A stretch of DNA of 64,000 bases from an uncultured Gammaproteobacteria bacterium. GTDB lineage: Bacteria > Patescibacteriota > Patescibacteriia > VMEV01 > CAYQCH01. Below the pieces are notes generated by a model. The model ran no database searches, had not been told where the DNA came from, and saw only the letters and a list, made by a program, of their open reading frames with translations. Shown here one piece after another: positions 61,006 through 64,000 of this stretch. Numbering within the stretch: the first letter of the stretch is position 1; the number at the start of each line of letters is the position of its first letter. The stretch lies in NCBI GenBank assembly GCA_964415935.1, contig CAYQCH010000001.1, forward strand, positions 1,144 to 65,143, in the 5' to 3' direction. Position numbers and translations under genes: made by a program.

Positions 61006-61551
61006 TTATTTTTCTGCGACCATGATGAAATACGGAAATACATTGCGCGGTTCTACGCTCAGGCTTACATGCCGAAAATACTTTTTCAGCACGGGCAGCA
61101 TCAGCGGTGAATATTGATAGACAATGAATGCCCCCCCATCGCGCAGGTTGCGATGGGTATTGCGTACAATGCGCTCGCGGGTGGCTGGATTAAAAAACGA
61201 AAACGGGATGCCTGAAATGACGGCATCCGCTGTTTTTAATCCAGTAGTGGAAAAATCCTCTGACAACCGAACCACATCCTCATTTTTTACGGCCAGGCGA
61301 TCATCTTTAATCTCGTTGAGCAACGGGAGAAAGTCTTTATTCAATTCAACAGCCACGACTTTGGCGTCACCAGGCAAACGAGACAAAAGCTCTTTGGTGA
61401 TGACTCCGTCGCCGGCGCCGTACTCCACCACCAGCTTATAGCCAGGCCGCACCTTCTTTAAAATGGCGCGCACCGTATGGGGCGAACTTTTGGTGATGGC
61501 GCCGACTTTGTAGTCTTTCAACGCGACCTTGATGAAATCAATGGCATTCAT
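61006..61551 (-). CDS. Class I SAM-dependent methyltransferase
   Basis: Motif [16 protein letters not shown], acidic residue at motif II (VELNKD). Confidence 0.7.
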   Translation of the reverse strand: MNAIDFIKVALKDYKVGAITKSSPHTVRAILKKVRPGYKLVVEYGAGDGVITKELLSRLPGDAKVVAVELNKDFLPLLNEIKDDRLAVKNEDVVRLSEDFSTTGLKTADAVISGIPFSFFNPATRERIVRNTHRNLRDGGAFIVYQYSPLMLPVLKKYFRHVSLSVEPRNVFPYFIMVAEK

Positions 61552-62021
61552 ATGTGGCAGGTCGATAGTCCGCGCTTGGCCAGGTACTGCTGATGGTATT
61601 CTTCCGCCTTATAAAATGTCTGCGCCGGCTCCAGGCTGGTTACGATGGGCTTGTCCCATTTCCCGGTGGCATTCCATTTTTCTATGGCGGCCTGCGCAGC
61701 CAGCTTCTGCTCTTCATCATGGTAAAAAACGGCAGAGCGGTACTGGTTGCCGATATCGGGACCCTGGCGGTTCAGCGTGGTGGGGTTATGGCTGGAAAAA
61801 AACACGTCCAGCAGGCGGTCGTAGCTGACTTTGGCCGGATCAAATTCCACCTGCACGACCTCGGCATGGCCGGTTGTGTCCGTGCAAACATCTTGATACG
61901 TCGGGTTTTCCATGGTGCCGCCTTCATAGCCGACAGCCGTGGAAATGACACCGGGAATATTGCGAAATGTTTCTTCGACGCCCCAGAAGCACCCTGCGCC
62001 GAACGTGGCGAGTAATAGCAT
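61548..62021 (-). CDS. msrA: Peptide-methionine (S)-S-oxide reductase
   Basis: GCFWG catalytic motif at the N-terminus. Confidence 0.92.
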   Translation of the reverse strand: MLLLATFGAGCFWGVEETFRNIPGVISTAVGYEGGTMENPTYQDVCTDTTGHAEVVQVEFDPAKVSYDRLLDVFFSSHNPTTLNRQGPDIGNQYRSAVFYHDEEQKLAAQAAIEKWNATGKWDKPIVTSLEPAQTFYKAEEYHQQYLAKRGLSTCHI

Positions 62022-62106
62022 ACTTACATTTGCTTATTGTAGGAGCCAGCTCGTGACTAACTCCAGAGCTAATTATACCGGAAATCGACAAACTTGAATG
62101 CCCCGC

Positions 62107-62724
62107 CTACGTCGTATATTCCAAGGAAAGGCCGCTACTGGCAGGCTCTTCGGCCGTCTCCCCTCCTTCCTCTTCATCGGGACGCAACACGCCGAACATG
62201 GCGACGGTGGCGACAACCTGGATGATTCCCATCATGACAAAAAGCATTTTAAAAGAGGCATACGCGGCCACGCTGCCGCCCACCAGAAACGCCGCGCCCA
62301 TGATGATGCTGGACTGGCCTTGCGCCTGCCCCCAGGATTCGCCGGAGCTACGCGTGCCGTACTGGGAATACAGGGCGTACCACGTAGGCGTAGCCATGGC
62401 TTGCGCAACCCCCAAAATAGCCTGAACAACCATGAGCTGAAACGGATTTTGTACGAACAAATACCCAAACGTCATCAAGGCGTTCAGCGCATAGCCAATA
62501 ACGGCAAACCACTTCTGACGGCGTTCCGTCGTGGCAATTTTCCCGACGATAATAGTGGCAAAACCCGTTACCACCATAAACATGGCCCAGGCCCAGCTGA
62601 TATCCAAAATACTGCCGCCGATATGCTCCGAATACACGGCAAAAAGAGGGCCGAAGAGCCCTTCGCCCAAATACCAGAGATTGCTGGCGTACAACAGATT
62701 TTTTTCCGGGTGACTAAAGCGCAT
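62107..62724 (-). CDS. Six-TM membrane protein resembling half of an MFS transporter
   Basis: 205 aa with about 6 hydrophobic helices and an acidic C-terminal tail. No partner half is adjacent. Confidence 0.45.
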   Translation of the reverse strand: MRFSHPEKNLLYASNLWYLGEGLFGPLFAVYSEHIGGSILDISWAWAMFMVVTGFATIIVGKIATTERRQKWFAVIGYALNALMTFGYLFVQNPFQLMVVQAILGVAQAMATPTWYALYSQYGTRSSGESWGQAQGQSSIIMGAAFLVGGSVAAYASFKMLFVMMGIIQVVATVAMFGVLRPDEEEGGETAEEPASSGLSLEYTT

Positions 62725-62811
62725 AAAATAAACATCGCAGGCGATTCAATGAATCGGCCTGCGAAATCCAATAGTCGGTGCACCTAGTTTAGGCAAAAAA
62801 CAATTTTTTGT

Positions 62812-62862
62812 CAATGATGTTCCAAATAAAAAAGAGCCCGGAGCGTTCGACATGCGAGTGCT
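62812..62862 (-). terminator. Hairpin plus U-tract downstream of orphan paralog B
   Basis: Minus strand reads gagcccg...cgggctc followed by tttttt. Confidence 0.4.
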
Positions 62863-62888
62863 CAACGGGCTCATGACTCTGATCCTCC

Positions 62889-63593
62889 TTATGCGACGAA
62901 GCACGGAACCGCCGTGGTGGAAAACGCTTCATCGAGCGGGCGCAGGCCCAAATAGAGCCTGGGCTTCTGCCAAAAGACGCTGGGGACGTAGATCTTGCTC
63001 GATCCGCGCCGCCGACGCGCTTCGTAGCCGGCGAGATGCACGAACATCGCCCGGCACCAGCCATCCATGGTAATGGTCCACTTATCGTGAAGCGCCATCG
63101 CCGCGAGAATGCCCGCATGCGGAGATGACAGCGGCGAACGGACCTGGGAAACGGCCTTGCCCTCATGCGCGCCGAGGTCGATGACCTCCCAACGCATCAG
63201 CCGGCGAGGATGATGGCTGCCTTCGAGAACCGTGAGATGGCTGGCGTCCGGCCGCACGCGATCCAGCCGGCAGTACCTGCCCAGTTGCCATTCGATGGCC
63301 TGCCACCAGCGTCGAAACGTTTCTTCCACGTTACGGAAGTACACGGCCAGGACAATGGCCGTATGCTTCCCCGGCGGGCGCGGCGGCGGCGCAGGAAGCC
63401 GCAGAAAGTCCTTGTCCGCCAGACCCCAGCCGAACACGCTGTTGTAGGCGTAGACGCGGCTGAGTTGCTCTTCCGGCAAGGCATGCCACCAGGGCATGCC
63501 ATTCTCTTCGTGGCAGACCCGCAGCGCGCGGATGTCTGCTCGTTTCAACAATGCTGCGCGGACGACCCAATCGTCCACGATCTTCATGATCAT
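62889..63593 (-). CDS. Hypothetical protein, orphan family member B (paralog of 31054..31896)
   Basis: Start at Met86 of ORF 62889..63848 (MIMKIVDDWVV...), preceded by GGAGG. Shares blocks with copy A. Confidence 0.5.
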   Translation of the reverse strand: MIMKIVDDWVVRAALLKRADIRALRVCHEENGMPWWHALPEEQLSRVYAYNSVFGWGLADKDFLRLPAPPPRPPGKHTAIVLAVYFRNVEETFRRWWQAIEWQLGRYCRLDRVRPDASHLTVLEGSHHPRRLMRWEVIDLGAHEGKAVSQVRSPLSSPHAGILAAMALHDKWTITMDGWCRAMFVHLAGYEARRRRGSSKIYVPSVFWQKPRLYLGLRPLDEAFSTTAVPCFVA

Positions 63594-63639
63594 GACCCCT
63601 CCTGAGGGCATAGAATAAGCAAGGAAATCAAGAAAATCA

Positions 63640-63660
63640 ACAGTACCTTGCATTGCAATA
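63640..63660. promoter_or_regulatory. Palindrome TTGCATTGCAA in the divergent promoter between paralog B and the PadR gene; candidate PadR operator
   Basis: Perfect inverted repeat ttgca-t-tgcaa about 30 nt upstream of the PadR ATG. Confidence 0.3.
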
Positions 63661-63684
63661 TACCATGTGGTAAAGTAGCGCCAT

Positions 63685-64000
63685 ATGACAAACGCGCAAA
63701 AAAATATCGAGAACACCAAATCGCAGATGCGCAAAGGATCGCTGGAATTTTGCATTTTGCTGCTCATTGCCAGCAGCCAAAAGATGTACGCATCCGACAT
63801 GCTCAAAGAACTGAAGAACCATGAGCTGATTGTGGTAGAAGGAACCATTTATCCCCTTTTAAACCGCCTCAAACGCGAAGGACTGCTCGACTATGAATGG
63901 CAAGAATCCCAAAACGGCCCGCCGCGCAAGTATTACTTCGTAACCGCCGCCGGCGACGAAATGATCCGCGAACTCATGGCCACCTGGAAATCTTTGAACA
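63685..64000 (+). CDS. PadR-family transcriptional regulator (C-terminus outside window)
   Basis: Winged HTH (ILLLIASSQKMYASDMLKEL...GTIYPLLNRLKREGLL...WQESQNGPPRKYYFVTAAGDE), the PadR hallmark. Missing from the ORF track because no stop falls inside the window. Confidence 0.7.
   Translation, partial: MTNAQKNIENTKSQMRKGSLEFCILLLIASSQKMYASDMLKELKNHELIVVEGTIYPLLNRLKREGLLDYEWQESQNGPPRKYYFVTAAGDEMIRELMATWKSLN

Noticed and set aside
62789-63166. 125-aa ORF overlapping orphan paralog B in another frame
   Set aside because: It lies inside the better-supported paralog B reading frame, which has a family match to copy A. It is Arg/Ser-rich shadow sequence.

Overview
This 64 kb window comes from a bacterial chromosome of about 57% GC. 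It uses the standard genetic code, and genes are packed almost entirely on the minus strand. Most genes lack Shine-Dalgarno sequences. Promoters instead carry a recurring extended -10 motif (TGnTATACT or TGnTAnAAT) with short or absent leaders.

Core content:
- The str and S10 ribosomal-protein block (rpsL, rpsG, fusA, tuf, rpsJ, rplC, rplD, rplW), plus rpmB, queA, uppS, lexA and htrA.
- A division and envelope operon running ftsA, ftsZ, an M23 peptidase, a small ORF and htrA.
- ybeY, rpsU, hisS, lepB, an LCP-family protein, der and pth.
- A complete F1Fo ATP synthase operon (atpI-like, B, E, F, H, A, G, D, C).
- xthA, ccdA and rpoD-dnaG.
- A Gld-like ABC exporter (ATPase, fused GldF/GldG permease and a DUF4340 protein).
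- An ECF sigma and anti-sigma pair flanked by a nitroreductase, a PAS protein, a methyltransferase and msrA.
- A tandem LOG-domain fusion.

Accessory and unusual content:
- An 11.5 kb co-directional cluster (18.9-30.5 kb) between rpsU and ybeY encodes seven surface or secreted proteins. Two are tandem giants (538 and 1664 aa) sharing an N-terminal signal peptide plus a two-helix hairpin resembling TrbC/VirB2 pilins, followed by Ig-like and IPT/TIG arrays. One is a 900-aa protein carrying Myxococcus-type cysteine-rich repeats and thrombospondin type-3 (TSP3) repeats. Two more are TSP3-repeat membrane proteins.
- An isolated plus-strand unit (46.5-49.3 kb) encodes a small helical ORF followed by an 874-aa charged coiled-coil protein with a basic Pro/Arg-rich tail.
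- Two paralogous orphan genes lie at about 31.5 kb and 63.2 kb. Each has its own terminator, and one is divergent from a PadR regulator.
- The lexA promoter carries an unusual operator built from inverted GTTC-N7-GTTC repeats.
- A small Phd/YefM-like ORF sits between fusA and tuf.
- A 430-nt non-coding, multi-hairpin region lies downstream of lexA.
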